From sequence record NC_041917.1: 64,000 nucleotides of DNA. One strand, given 5' to 3'. Below the pieces are notes generated by a model, which did no database searches, had not been told where the DNA came from, and saw nothing but the letters and a program-made list of their open reading frames with translations. How positions within the stretch are numbered: the first letter of the stretch is position 1; every line of letters begins with the position of its first letter. The position numbers and the translations under genes are program-made. Shown here one piece after another: positions 1 through 9,215 of the stretch.

Positions 1-1251
1 CCAGGTTCTATCATGCAATATTCTTTGTCATCTGGTCAATCTGTTGCATCTATCAGAGAACAAATGAGTGGTGTTAGTGGTGGACAAAATGGTAGAAATG
101 GTACAGCTTCAGCTCCATATGTAACAAAAACTGGATGGTGTTTTGCAGATGGTTCTTATTGGACATGGAATGGAGAAAGTGGTTCAGTAACCAAAGTTGT
201 TCCAAATTTAAACCAAAATGCATATTTAAAAGGTATAACCACAACTGGTCTTACTAAGACAGATGCGGTAATTTCAGGTTCAGGTTCAATAGGAAATACG
301 TCAATATCTTTCCCACAACACTATCATGGTACTGGTATGATGGTTGGATTATCTGGTGATTGGGGTGATGATGGATATTTCATTAGTAATAAAACATGGA
401 ATGATGGAATACAATATCAGGGAGTACAGATAACAGGTGATTTACAACGTAGAACAACTGGTCCAGTTAACGGTTCAGATGCTCGAACAGCATTAAGCAC
501 TTCTTTAGCAATATTCACTGGTTCAGATACTACTTCTCATACTCACAGCTTAAATAGTGTTGACGTAGCTCACTTTAATGTTGCTGTGGTATATAATATT
601 GCAGAACCAAGCTCAGCACTTAATCAAAATGCTGGTGATCGCCGTTATGTATTAAAATCTGGTGATACTATGACTGGTTCATTGACTATCGCTAATAGTG
701 CTGCAATTCAAGCAAATGATACAAATCTAGTACTATGGTTTAGAAATGCATCTGGTGGTGAACGTGCTGCAATATATCATGCATCTAATACTAATACTCT
801 TAGATTGCGTACTGCTGGTGGTTCTGAAATGTCATTAAATAATGTAGGACTATTAAATGTTTCCTCAATTACTACTGGTTCAATTACAGGTTCATCATTG
901 AACATATCTGGTACAGCAACAACTGGCCCATTAAATGTTAATGGACAAATAACAGCCACTGGTGATATTTGGGCATTCTCTGATGAAAGATTGAAAGAAA
1001 ATATTAAACCTATTGAAAATGCCGTAGATATAATTAAAAGTATTCGTGGTGTAACTGGTAATTTTATTGGAGATGAACGTACACGTTCAATGGTTATTGC
1101 TCAAGAAGTCCAGAAGAACTTCCCTTGTGCTGTAACTGAAGATGTATCAGGATTCTTAAAAGTTAATTATGATGCCCTTATTCCATTGTTGTTAAATGCA
1201 GTCTCTACTATGAGTGAAGAAATTGCAAGTTTAAGGAGCATAATTAAATGA
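1..1251 (+). CDS. Tail fibre protein, C-terminal part, with peptidase S74 intramolecular chaperone; 5'-truncated by the window edge
   Basis: The frame is open from base 1. Gly/Ser/Thr-rich beta repeats, fibre motif GDRRYVLKSGDTMTGSLTI, and C-terminal WAFSDERLKENIKPI...VIAQEVQ...VNYDALIPLL typical of S74 chaperone domains. Confidence 0.85.
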   Translation, partial: PGSIMQYSLSSGQSVASIREQMSGVSGGQNGRNGTASAPYVTKTGWCFADGSYWTWNGESGSVTKVVPNLNQNAYLKGITTTGLTKTDAVISGSGSIGNTSISFPQHYHGTGMMVGLSGDWGDDGYFISNKTWNDGIQYQGVQITGDLQRRTTGPVNGSDARTALSTSLAIFTGSDTTSHTHSLNSVDVAHFNVAVVYNIAEPSSALNQNAGDRRYVLKSGDTMTGSLTIANSAAIQANDTNLVLWFRNASGGERAAIYHASNTNTLRLRTAGGSEMSLNNVGLLNVSSITTGSITGSSLNISGTATTGPLNVNGQITATGDIWAFSDERLKENIKPIENAVDIIKSIRGVTGNFIGDERTRSMVIAQEVQKNFPCAVTEDVSGFLKVNYDALIPLLLNAVSTMSEEIASLRSIIK

Positions 1252-1814
1252 TACCATGTACTGGAACGATAAAAGCATCAGATATTAATACTGAATTGGG
1301 AAGAACACCAACATCTATATTTCAAATTGGAAATACACCAGAAAGAACTCTTGCAGGTAAGCCATCTGGTTTGATAAAATTTAGTGATTTCTATTGTAAA
1401 TCATCTGCTGATCCGTTGCCTTGGTTCTTATATGAGGTACAGCAAACTGGTGGTCGTGGTGTAAACACAGACCCAGCAGTATTCCGTGTTATTGATGGTA
1501 GCTATTCTGTATTTTGGGGTGGTAGTAACGGTTGGTTGAAGTTTAACAATCACTTCACTGGTACTATTCGTCAAATTGAAGTTACTTGGAAATATTCTGG
1601 CAGAAATGGTGGTTGGCATGGTATAACTGTTTATGAACGTACCAATTCTGCAAGTACTTACAGATTAGGTAGCAATACGGGAATCCAAAAATTTGTTTTA
1701 GATGTTAACATACCAGCCGATCAAGAGATATGGTTGAATTGGTCTGGTGGTGGTGATCAGGGTGATGGTAACAACGTAGATTATGTAGCTATCACTAATG
1801 TAGTTTATTACTAA
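1248..1814 (+). CDS. Fibre-associated protein, candidate receptor-binding adhesin
   Basis: ATGA overlap with the fibre gene. N-terminal module GTIKASDINTELG...RTLAGKPSGLIKFSDFYCKSS is of a type seen next to phage fibre genes; the C-terminal domain is Gly/Trp-rich. Confidence 0.5.
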   Translation: MIPCTGTIKASDINTELGRTPTSIFQIGNTPERTLAGKPSGLIKFSDFYCKSSADPLPWFLYEVQQTGGRGVNTDPAVFRVIDGSYSVFWGGSNGWLKFNNHFTGTIRQIEVTWKYSGRNGGWHGITVYERTNSASTYRLGSNTGIQKFVLDVNIPADQEIWLNWSGGGDQGDGNNVDYVAITNVVYY

Positions 1815-1821
1815 AAATTTT

Positions 1822-1850
1822 TGGAACGACAAAAAAACATATGGTATAAT
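1822..1850 (+). promoter_or_regulatory. Putative middle-type promoter TGGAAC-N17-TATAAT (TGG extended -10)
   Basis: One of 12 identically spaced copies in the window. Confidence 0.75.
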
Positions 1851-1853
1851 ATG

Positions 1854-1886
1854 AGCATCCTAACAAGGCGTTAGGGTGCTTTTTTT
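1854..1886 (+). terminator. Rho-independent terminator
   Basis: AGCATCCTAAC/GTTAGGGTGCT 11-bp stem (one G-U) followed by a T tract. Confidence 0.7.
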
Positions 1887-1902
1887 ATACATGGAGATAA
1901 TT

Positions 1903-2205
1903 ATGACCAAGAAGACTGAATCTAAGATCGAAGCACATGACCTAAATGATGCTCAACGTAAAAAGCTAAAAGATGGCTTGAATTCCGCTGTAGTTCAACT
2001 AACTCACCTAGACACCCTAAAAGAATCGTATGCTGATTTCATGGATACTCTAGCAGATGAAATTGGTCTTGACAAGGCAAAGCTAAAATCAGCAGCTATG
2101 CGTATCTATAAGCAGGATTTCTTCGATAAAGTTCGTGCTCAAGATGAGGTAGAGACAATTCTTACTGTTTCTGGTAATCTATCTGCACCAATGGATGACG
2201 AATAA
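1903..2205 (+). CDS. T4 DsbA-like double-stranded DNA-binding protein
   Basis: SD GGAGA before ATG 1903. About 100 aa, helical; the pattern ...LADEIGLDKAKLKSAAMRIYKQDF...EVETIL resembles T4 DsbA. Confidence 0.55.
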   Translation: MTKKTESKIEAHDLNDAQRKKLKDGLNSAVVQLTHLDTLKESYADFMDTLADEIGLDKAKLKSAAMRIYKQDFFDKVRAQDEVETILTVSGNLSAPMDDE

Positions 2206-2210
2206 TAAAT

Positions 2211-2240
2211 AATGCCCCAACGAATGGGGCATTTGCTTTT
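2211..2240 (+). terminator. Hairpin or terminator
   Basis: AATGCCCCA/TGGGGCATT stem followed by GCTTTT. Confidence 0.6.
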
Positions 2241-2267
2241 TAAGTGCGTGAATTATAAGGAGATAAG

Positions 2268-5200
2268 ATGTATATAGATGGATATATGGATAGAAAACGT
2301 ACTGGTGAAGTTCTGCATGTGGCTGAACGTGTCAATGGTCAACGTATCTTACGTGAAATTGAACCAGTTTACGAGTATTATGTAGAATCACCATATGGTA
2401 CATTTAAAACAATCAACGGAACCTTAGCTGAACGTTTTGAATTTACTAGATATTCCGAAATGAAGAAACAAATGGATACATTACCTAGTACTGCACAGAT
2501 TTTTGAAGCAGATTGTAATGTTACATTCAAAACATTAGCTAAACACTATATGGGTAAGTCATCACCTGATTTGAATATCGTATTTTTCGATATTGAAACG
2601 GACTTTCACCCAAAGTTCGGCTATGCGTCACCTAGTGATCCTTTCAATAGAGTTACTGCAATTTCATTATATCAAAGCTGGACAGGTAAGGATTATGTAC
2701 TTACTATGGCACCATCCGAGATGGAAATTGTAGAAGCACAAGATATTATCAACCGCTTGAATGCAGAAACAGATGATCCGAATAGTACTGTAGTACTTTA
2801 TACTGATGAATGTGAAATGTTCTCAGATTTCTTCGATTTGATTGAAGATTCTGATGTTTTATCTGGTTGGAACAGTGAGTTTTATGATATTCCTTATATG
2901 GTAAACCGAACTCGTAAATTGTTTAATGAAGCAACTCTTGCTCGTTGGTGTTTATGGAATCGTAAACCAAATCCTCGTGAAGCAGATATGTTTGGTAAAA
3001 CAATTGTAACTTATGATTTAGTAGGTCGCGTACATTTGGATTACCTAGCACTATACAAAAAACATGCTGGTCAAGTAGAACAATCATATAAATTGGATTA
3101 TATCGCAGAAAAAGTCACTGGTGAAAACAAAGTAGCATATGATGGGTCTTTGGATAAATTATATCGTGAAGATTATCTAAGATTTCTACGTTATTCCAAA
3201 CAGGATAGTATTCTTCTAAAGAAAATTGATGATAAGATGGATTTCATCAACCTACACAATCGATTAGCTCATAAAGAGTGTGTTCTAATAAGTACCACAA
3301 TGGGTTCTGTAGCACTAATTGATACTGCAATCATCAATCTAGCTCATAAACGCGGTGAAGTAGTATTCAACAAGCGTAAACTTGACGATGATGAAGATGA
3401 TTTCGATTATCAAGAGTATGAAATGGATTATGAAGATGAAGATGAAGACAATGATGAACCAAAAGCAGGTTCTAAAGCAGCAGGTGCATGGGTTCAAGAT
3501 CCAGTACTTGGTTTAATCGACTTCTTAGGCTGTGTAGACTTCAACTCACTATATCCAACAGTTCTACGTGCATTAGGTATGAGTACTGAATGTATTCTTG
3601 GTCAATTGCGTCAAACATATACAGATGCATATCTTGCTGAACGTATTGAAGAACAACGTATGAAATATCGTGGAAAAGGTCGATTTGAGCCTAAATGGAC
3701 TGAAGCATGGCATGGTTTATTTGCAAGTGTTGAATTTACTATGGTTCGTGAAAAATCAGATGGTATAATTACTGTTGATTTAGAAGATGGTTCATCATTC
3801 CAAGCAACTGGTGCAGAACTATATGATATTATCTATGGTGAAGGTAGTACTATAGTACTAAGTGCGAACGGAACGTTATTTGATAAGACAAAGTACGGTG
3901 TTATTCCAGAAATTCTTACAATTTGGTATTCTGAACGTAAAGCACAACAAAAAATGGTTATTGACTATAAGCATCTTGCAACAGATGGATGGGAATTAGC
4001 TGAAGAAATCGTTTCAGAATTGGAAGAAGCGTTGAAATCACTACAATATGGTGATAAAATTCACAAAACCAACTTACATGAGGATGATCCAGTATATCTA
4101 ATTCGCTTAGCACTAGCGAAGGGTGATATTGAAGGAACAGCAAAACTTATTGCTGAAAATGGTATGCGTTTTGAAGGTGGTAAGGTATTTGCACCTGAAA
4201 GTGATAAAAAATACTGTAAAACACAGTCTGCATTCTGGAAACAGAACCAACAGATTCGTAAAATTCTTCTAAACTCACTATACGGTGCTTTGTTGAATAA
4301 AGGTTCTCGTTTCTTCGACAAACGTCTAGGACAATCAGTAACGTTAACTGGTCGTAGTATGACTAAACACCTTGCAAGTAAGATAAATGAAGTATGTACT
4401 GAAACTTATGATCATAGTGGTGGTGTTGTAGTATATGGTGATACCGACTCAGTGTATTTTAGTGTAGCACACTATTATAAAGAGAATGATATACCGTTTG
4501 ACATGTCCAAAGAAGAAGTAATTGAACTATATCAGATGATTGGTGATACCGTAGGTGCATCATTCCCTTCATTTATGGATGAAACCTTTAATACTGGTAT
4601 TGATAATGGTAAGATTGTGGGAGCAGACTTAGAAATGGTTGGTTCTCGTGGATTATTCTTGAAAAAGAAACGTTATGCTATCCTAAAATATTGGGAAGAT
4701 GGATTCCGTTTAGATGTTGATGGAAAACCTGGTAAGGTTAAAGCGATGGGTCTTGAGATTAAACGTTCTGATACACCAAAATATATTCAAAACTTCCTAG
4801 AAGATACACTTACTGCATTACTTGTTGGTGCAGAGGAAGAAGAATTACGTGCTAAGGTTCGTGAATTCAAGAAACTATTCAAAGATCGTCCATCATTTGA
4901 GAAAGGTCAACCTAAAACAGTTAAAAATTATTCTAATAAGTTTAAAGAATATGAAGAAACTGGTCAATGTAGGGTAGGACACGTTCTTGCAGCAATACAA
5001 TGGAACAAATTGCGTACCATTTATGATGATATGTCAGTTCCAGAAGCTACTGACGGTACTAAAGTTATCGTTTGTAAGTTAAAACCAAACCCATATGGTA
5101 TTAAATCCGTTGGTTATCCAATAGATTGTACTGAATACTTACCTGAGTGGTTCTTATCATTGCCATTTGATGATGATGATATGGAAAAAGCCGTTCTTAC

Positions 5201-5300
5201 TAAGAAATTAGGTAACATTTTTGGTATTTTGGATATGGATTTGGCAATAAATGAAAAAAGTTCCATCGAATTGAACACTGGTTTCTTTGCATGGAGTTAA
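2268..5300 (+). CDS. 43: Family B DNA polymerase (gp43-like)
   Basis: ExoI FDIETD, ExoII GWNSEFYD, motif A DFNSLYP, motif B KILLNSLYG, motif C YGDTDS, KKRYA. Confidence 0.97.
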   Translation: MYIDGYMDRKRTGEVLHVAERVNGQRILREIEPVYEYYVESPYGTFKTINGTLAERFEFTRYSEMKKQMDTLPSTAQIFEADCNVTFKTLAKHYMGKSSPDLNIVFFDIETDFHPKFGYASPSDPFNRVTAISLYQSWTGKDYVLTMAPSEMEIVEAQDIINRLNAETDDPNSTVVLYTDECEMFSDFFDLIEDSDVLSGWNSEFYDIPYMVNRTRKLFNEATLARWCLWNRKPNPREADMFGKTIVTYDLVGRVHLDYLALYKKHAGQVEQSYKLDYIAEKVTGENKVAYDGSLDKLYREDYLRFLRYSKQDSILLKKIDDKMDFINLHNRLAHKECVLISTTMGSVALIDTAIINLAHKRGEVVFNKRKLDDDEDDFDYQEYEMDYEDEDEDNDEPKAGSKAAGAWVQDPVLGLIDFLGCVDFNSLYPTVLRALGMSTECILGQLRQTYTDAYLAERIEEQRMKYRGKGRFEPKWTEAWHGLFASVEFTMVREKSDGIITVDLEDGSSFQATGAELYDIIYGEGSTIVLSANGTLFDKTKYGVIPEILTIWYSERKAQQKMVIDYKHLATDGWELAEEIVSELEEALKSLQYGDKIHKTNLHEDDPVYLIRLALAKGDIEGTAKLIAENGMRFEGGKVFAPESDKKYCKTQSAFWKQNQQIRKILLNSLYGALLNKGSRFFDKRLGQSVTLTGRSMTKHLASKINEVCTETYDHSGGVVVYGDTDSVYFSVAHYYKENDIPFDMSKEEVIELYQMIGDTVGASFPSFMDETFNTGIDNGKIVGADLEMVGSRGLFLKKKRYAILKYWEDGFRLDVDGKPGKVKAMGLEIKRSDTPKYIQNFLEDTLTALLVGAEEEELRAKVREFKKLFKDRPSFEKGQPKTVKNYSNKFKEYEETGQCRVGHVLAAIQWNKLRTIYDDMSVPEATDGTKVIVCKLKPNPYGIKSVGYPIDCTEYLPEWFLSLPFDDDDMEKAVLTKKLGNIFGILDMDLAINEKSSIELNTGFFAWS

Positions 5301-5313
5301 AAAGGAAATATAT

Positions 5314-5778
5314 ATGACCAATGAAGTAAGCATTTATCAGCGTATTGGAGAAGCCATTGCTTCTAAGGGATTGTACAATATTATTAGAGCTACAACACCT
5401 GATGAAGAAACAATTCTCGAAGATTCTGGTTTTATCAAAGTTGGTTCAATTAAAGAGGGTGGTGTTATCACCTCTCTTTACAAAATTGAACTAAAAGAGA
5501 AAGAAGTTATCAAAATTGTAGAAGTACCAAAGATTAGTTCACCACCTTGGGGAAATCAACCAATTGATACTTCTCCGTGGAATAACAAACCTTATATCAT
5601 GTACACAAATGGTACTGGTGATGCGGAATGGTTAAAAAATCTTTATACTAATAGCAAATCAGATAACTATACTGCTAATTATATGGGTTCTGATATTAAA
5701 TCTAATTCATTAGTTGGTGAAGTTGTGAACGTATTGAATTCTATTGAAAAAAATACAAAAGCTTGTAGAAATATTTAA
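5314..5778 (+). CDS. Hypothetical protein
   Basis: ORF with an AAGGA SD before ATG 5314; no recognised motif. Confidence 0.6.
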   Translation: MTNEVSIYQRIGEAIASKGLYNIIRATTPDEETILEDSGFIKVGSIKEGGVITSLYKIELKEKEVIKIVEVPKISSPPWGNQPIDTSPWNNKPYIMYTNGTGDAEWLKNLYTNSKSDNYTANYMGSDIKSNSLVGEVVNVLNSIEKNTKACRNI

Positions 5779-5795
5779 AAAAATATTTAAAAATA

Positions 5796-5824
5796 TGAAA
5801 CGTATACGAATTATATGGTATAAT
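5796..5824 (+). promoter_or_regulatory. Putative middle-type promoter TGAAAC-N17-TATAAT
   Basis: Matches the repeated consensus; overlapped by an inverted repeat ACGTATACGA/TCGTATACGT. Confidence 0.75.
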
Positions 5825-5855
5825 CGTATACGTAAACAACATGGAGAATTAACAA

Positions 5856-6587
5856 ATGGAATTACGTGACGTACTACGCGACCTAGTAACTACTACGGCA
5901 GGAATTGATTTTGATTGTATCGCTATTTCAAGCGAAGATCGTGGTCAAGGCCAAAGAATTTACATGGAAGCTTATACAAGTGATAAAAACCTAGTAATGC
6001 GAGCCGTTACTAAAGAAGATGTATCTGAAGTTGTTGGTCGTTTTGGTATTGGTAATCTTGGAATGCTTCAAGGTCTATTGAACCTAAATGTCTACAAATC
6101 AGACAGTACTAAAATTAGTGTGAATGCAAAAGATGGCGTTGTTAAAAGTCTATCCTTTACTTCAGACGATGCAAATACCAACTATCTAGTAGTTGCAGAG
6201 AAATTTATTCCACCTCAACCGCGTTTTACTGACCAACCATATGACGTACAGGTTACACCTAGTGCATCAAAGGTCAATGAACTAAAAAGCTTCTCAGGCG
6301 TGTTTAAATCTTTTACTGCTCACGTTACCCCTTATACTGAGGATAACAGCTTATACTTCTACGTAGGTGAAAAGAATAAAAACAACCATACTGGTACTTT
6401 ACTATTCTCTAAGACAGATGGCGATCTAACTCAGGGTTATGGTTATCCAATTGAACGTGTTCTTCAAGCATTGAATCGTGTAAACAATGCTGAACAAAAA
6501 TCTCTTGGTATTACAAAAACTGGTATGTTAAATGTAACTGTTGATACTGGTATTGCAGTTTATAGCATCTACGTAAGTGGTTGCTAA
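5856..6587 (+). CDS. 45: DNA polymerase sliding clamp (gp45-like)
   Basis: 243 aa with alternating alpha/beta pattern and an N-terminus MELRDVLRDLV like clamp homologs of this phage group; replication context with gp44 at 58891. Confidence 0.6.
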   Translation: MELRDVLRDLVTTTAGIDFDCIAISSEDRGQGQRIYMEAYTSDKNLVMRAVTKEDVSEVVGRFGIGNLGMLQGLLNLNVYKSDSTKISVNAKDGVVKSLSFTSDDANTNYLVVAEKFIPPQPRFTDQPYDVQVTPSASKVNELKSFSGVFKSFTAHVTPYTEDNSLYFYVGEKNKNNHTGTLLFSKTDGDLTQGYGYPIERVLQALNRVNNAEQKSLGITKTGMLNVTVDTGIAVYSIYVSGC

Positions 6588-6593
6588 TTAAAT

Positions 6594-6617
6594 TGGGGGA
6601 ATGTTCCCCCATTTTTT
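6594..6617 (+). terminator. Rho-independent terminator
   Basis: TGGGGGA-ATGT-TCCCCCA followed by T6. Confidence 0.7.
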
Positions 6618-6631
6618 ATTTGGAAAAGAAA

Positions 6632-7246
6632 ATGAGTACACCAAGATTTATTGCTGATACCCACATGGGACACAAAAATATTTGGAAGTACAGACCTGTA
6701 TTCGAAAGTACTCTACATAATGATTTGTATTTTCAGTACATTCTATCTGAAGTCTGTACAAAAAGAGATACTATGTTCTTCTTAGGAGACATTCTATTTG
6801 ATGAAAAGTATCTTCCATTTATTAAAGAACTTCCTGGTACAAAAATTTTAGTACTTGGAAACCACTGTACTGAAATGATTAGTGCTTCAAAGTTGTGCGA
6901 GGCTTTTGATGAAGTACATGCCATGATTCGATATAAAGAATTTTGGTTAACCCACGCACCGTTGCATGTTGATGAGTTGCGTATGAAAAAGAATATTCAT
7001 GGACATGTTCACACTGAATCAGTTAATGATTTAAATTATCTTAATGTATCAGTTGATAGCTCGTTTATGAACTTTTTCCCTAGAACATTGTTCGAAGTTC
7101 GACAAGCTTTTGAGACAGTAAATAAAGAACAAAAGATTTTTGCTGGTGTTGATAATGCTGATGCGTTAAGTGTTATTGAAAGTAATTCTATTGCTAAAGA
7201 TGCATACTACAAGGCACTTGCAGAATCTCGAAAAATTACTGTTTAA
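6632..7246 (+). CDS. Calcineurin-like metallophosphoesterase
   Basis: Motifs ADTHMGH, LGD, LGNH, THAP, HGHVH. Confidence 0.88.
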   Translation: MSTPRFIADTHMGHKNIWKYRPVFESTLHNDLYFQYILSEVCTKRDTMFFLGDILFDEKYLPFIKELPGTKILVLGNHCTEMISASKLCEAFDEVHAMIRYKEFWLTHAPLHVDELRMKKNIHGHVHTESVNDLNYLNVSVDSSFMNFFPRTLFEVRQAFETVNKEQKIFAGVDNADALSVIESNSIAKDAYYKALAESRKITV

Positions 7247-7258
7247 AAGGAATGAAAT

Positions 7259-7468
7259 ATGCCACTATATACGTATCGTTGTACAAAAGAAGAATGTACA
7301 CATAGTGTAGAAAAGATTGTAAAAATTGCGGAACGTGAGACAACTGTACTTGATTGTCCAGAATGTGGTACTGAACAAAGTATGCAGTATGAAAGATATA
7401 CCTCTGGTGATAAAGGTAGTAATTTATACTTCAGGGGTAATTGGTTCGCCAATACAGGCGGCTACTAA
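7259..7468 (+). CDS. FmdB-family zinc-ribbon protein
   Basis: MPLYTYRC..C ... CPECG ... FRGNWFANT is the classic FmdB/CxxC signature. Confidence 0.85.
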   Translation: MPLYTYRCTKEECTHSVEKIVKIAERETTVLDCPECGTEQSMQYERYTSGDKGSNLYFRGNWFANTGGY

Positions 7469-7492
7469 AAGTATTTGAATGGAGTCAATACT

Positions 7493-7780
7493 ATGAGTTT
7501 AAGAATGATTAACGATTATGTGCTAATTGCCCTTATCGATAATACGCGAGTAACATCAGGCGGTTTACTATTAACTACTGTTGAACCTCCTTGTACTGGA
7601 ACAGTACTTTCAGTTGGACCAGGACGTTTTCTAGATAATGGTGAACGTGAAGAACATAACCTACAAGTAGGTGACGTTGTTGTTTTTGGAAAATCTTCAC
7701 TAAATACGCCGATAGAAGAAGATAATGTAAAATATTATGTTATGAAAATTGGTGATATATTCGGGAAGAAAAATGACTAA
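7493..7780 (+). CDS. groES: GroES-like co-chaperonin
   Basis: LRMINDYVLI...TSGGLLL...GTVLSVGPG...LQVGDVVVF...VMKIGDIFG aligns with Cpn10. Confidence 0.9.
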   Translation: MSLRMINDYVLIALIDNTRVTSGGLLLTTVEPPCTGTVLSVGPGRFLDNGEREEHNLQVGDVVVFGKSSLNTPIEEDNVKYYVMKIGDIFGKKND

Positions 7781-8498
7781 AAAAATTATACCATTCTGGT
7801 TGTACCCTTCACATTGGGGTCTAAAAGGTCAAGCTAAGGAGCTTGCTGAAATTGATTTTTATTTTGAAGGTGTTGAAGCGGATCTAAAACGTGCAGATAT
7901 TATGTATCTAACTGACTTAGAACGTGAACATGCTAAGAATGAAATTAAATTTAAACACAATGTATTCGATGAACTTGAATACGAATTGAATAAAGTACAA
8001 ATTGATTTTGAAAAAGCGTTAATTCATAAATTAACTGCATCTCAGAAGAAATTGGATTTACAATTGAAGTATGGACGTATCGATGAAAAAACATATGATA
8101 CTGAATCCATTGAGTTAATTCAAGATGAAGATAAAAAATATCTAGCAGCATTGGAGTTCTCATTAAAGTACGGGGATATTACCCAATCTGAATATGATAA
8201 AGAACTTAAAACGCATAATAGAGAGCCTTGGTTTGAATTCAATGTGGACTTTGATGAAAGTGAAAATGACTTAGTAGTCACCTTTGACTATAATGAATAT
8301 TTTTGGAAGAAACTACGTAGTGAGGGTCATCCAGGAACAGATGAACATGAGATCATTGACAATTTTATCAAAGATTGGGGTCGTAAGTTAGCAACAGAAG
8401 ACTATAATGGTGACTTTGACACAAAGTTAACAAGTCTAAACGACGAGATGAATCAAACGACTGGTACTTCTGAAACTGGTTTTAAAGTTTACGAATAA
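7773..8498 (+). CDS. Hypothetical protein
   Basis: Long ORF overlapping the groES stop; normal codon usage. Confidence 0.7.
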   Translation: MTKKIIPFWLYPSHWGLKGQAKELAEIDFYFEGVEADLKRADIMYLTDLEREHAKNEIKFKHNVFDELEYELNKVQIDFEKALIHKLTASQKKLDLQLKYGRIDEKTYDTESIELIQDEDKKYLAALEFSLKYGDITQSEYDKELKTHNREPWFEFNVDFDESENDLVVTFDYNEYFWKKLRSEGHPGTDEHEIIDNFIKDWGRKLATEDYNGDFDTKLTSLNDEMNQTTGTSETGFKVYE

Positions 8499-8531
8499 AA
8501 AAAAAGGAGAACAAATTTGTTCTCCTTTTTT
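8497..8531. terminator. Bidirectional terminator between convergent genes
   Basis: A-tract GGAGAACA-AATT-TGTTCTCC T-tract. Confidence 0.8.
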
Positions 8532-8543
8532 CGTTTTTATATA

Positions 8544-9200
8544 TTATAGTGACAAAGCAGGAATTGTTTTGTACACTTTAATTGCAAAGTTACCAGCAGT
8601 TGCAGCAGTAGCGGAAGAAGCAAGAATCACTTCAGCACCAGTACTGGTTAGCATTGGAACACCAGTTAGATCATCAATTAGTAGACGACCTTCATCGATT
8701 GTACCAGCAGGAACACCTTGGAAAGTTGTAAGGTCTTTATCAAACACGTTTGCACGTTCAACTAGGAATGTCACTACGTTAGCATCAGCTACAGAAGCAG
8801 CACCAGTAACACCAGATGGAGCATTCTTGAAGCCAGATACAGCAACGGCAGCAGCAGTATCAGAAGTTGAAAGAATTACAGCACGTTGTTGAACAATATC
8901 AATAACACGCTTAACGTTAGTTTGTGCAGCATATGCAGCAGTGTAATCTGCTGATAGTGAAGCTGAAACGAATTCAGTACCATCAACACGAACAACCCCT
9001 TTATCATTTAAGAAATCAATGATAACATCTGCATCAGTAGTGTTTAGAAAACGTTGTAGTTCAGTGAAAGATGCAACAGCACCAGTAACTTTAACAACAA
9101 CATCATCAGCACCACCAATTGCGATAGATACTAGGGCGTTTTTACCATAGAAATAACCAAGTACACCAGATTCGGAAAAACCATTAATACGTTCTAACAT
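8544..9200 (-). CDS. Probable virion structural protein (paralog of the next gene)
   Basis: Ala/Val/Thr-rich; shares QRAV-x2-[ST]TS and TFxVERxxV motifs with 9216-9776; SD GGAGGA. Confidence 0.6.
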   Translation of the reverse strand: MLERINGFSESGVLGYFYGKNALVSIAIGGADDVVVKVTGAVASFTELQRFLNTTDADVIIDFLNDKGVVRVDGTEFVSASLSADYTAAYAAQTNVKRVIDIVQQRAVILSTSDTAAAVAVSGFKNAPSGVTGAASVADANVVTFLVERANVFDKDLTTFQGVPAGTIDEGRLLIDDLTGVPMLTSTGAEVILASSATAATAGNFAIKVYKTIPALSL

Positions 9201-9215
9201 ATTTTCGTCCTCCTA

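Noticed and set aside
8569-8892. Antisense and alternate-frame ORFs in the track (e.g. 777-959, 4061-4321, 8569-8892, 46059-46457, 63026-63358, 63109-63465)
   Set aside because: They lie wholly opposite or within well-supported genes, lack SDs, and reflect codon bias of the real gene (shadow ORFs).
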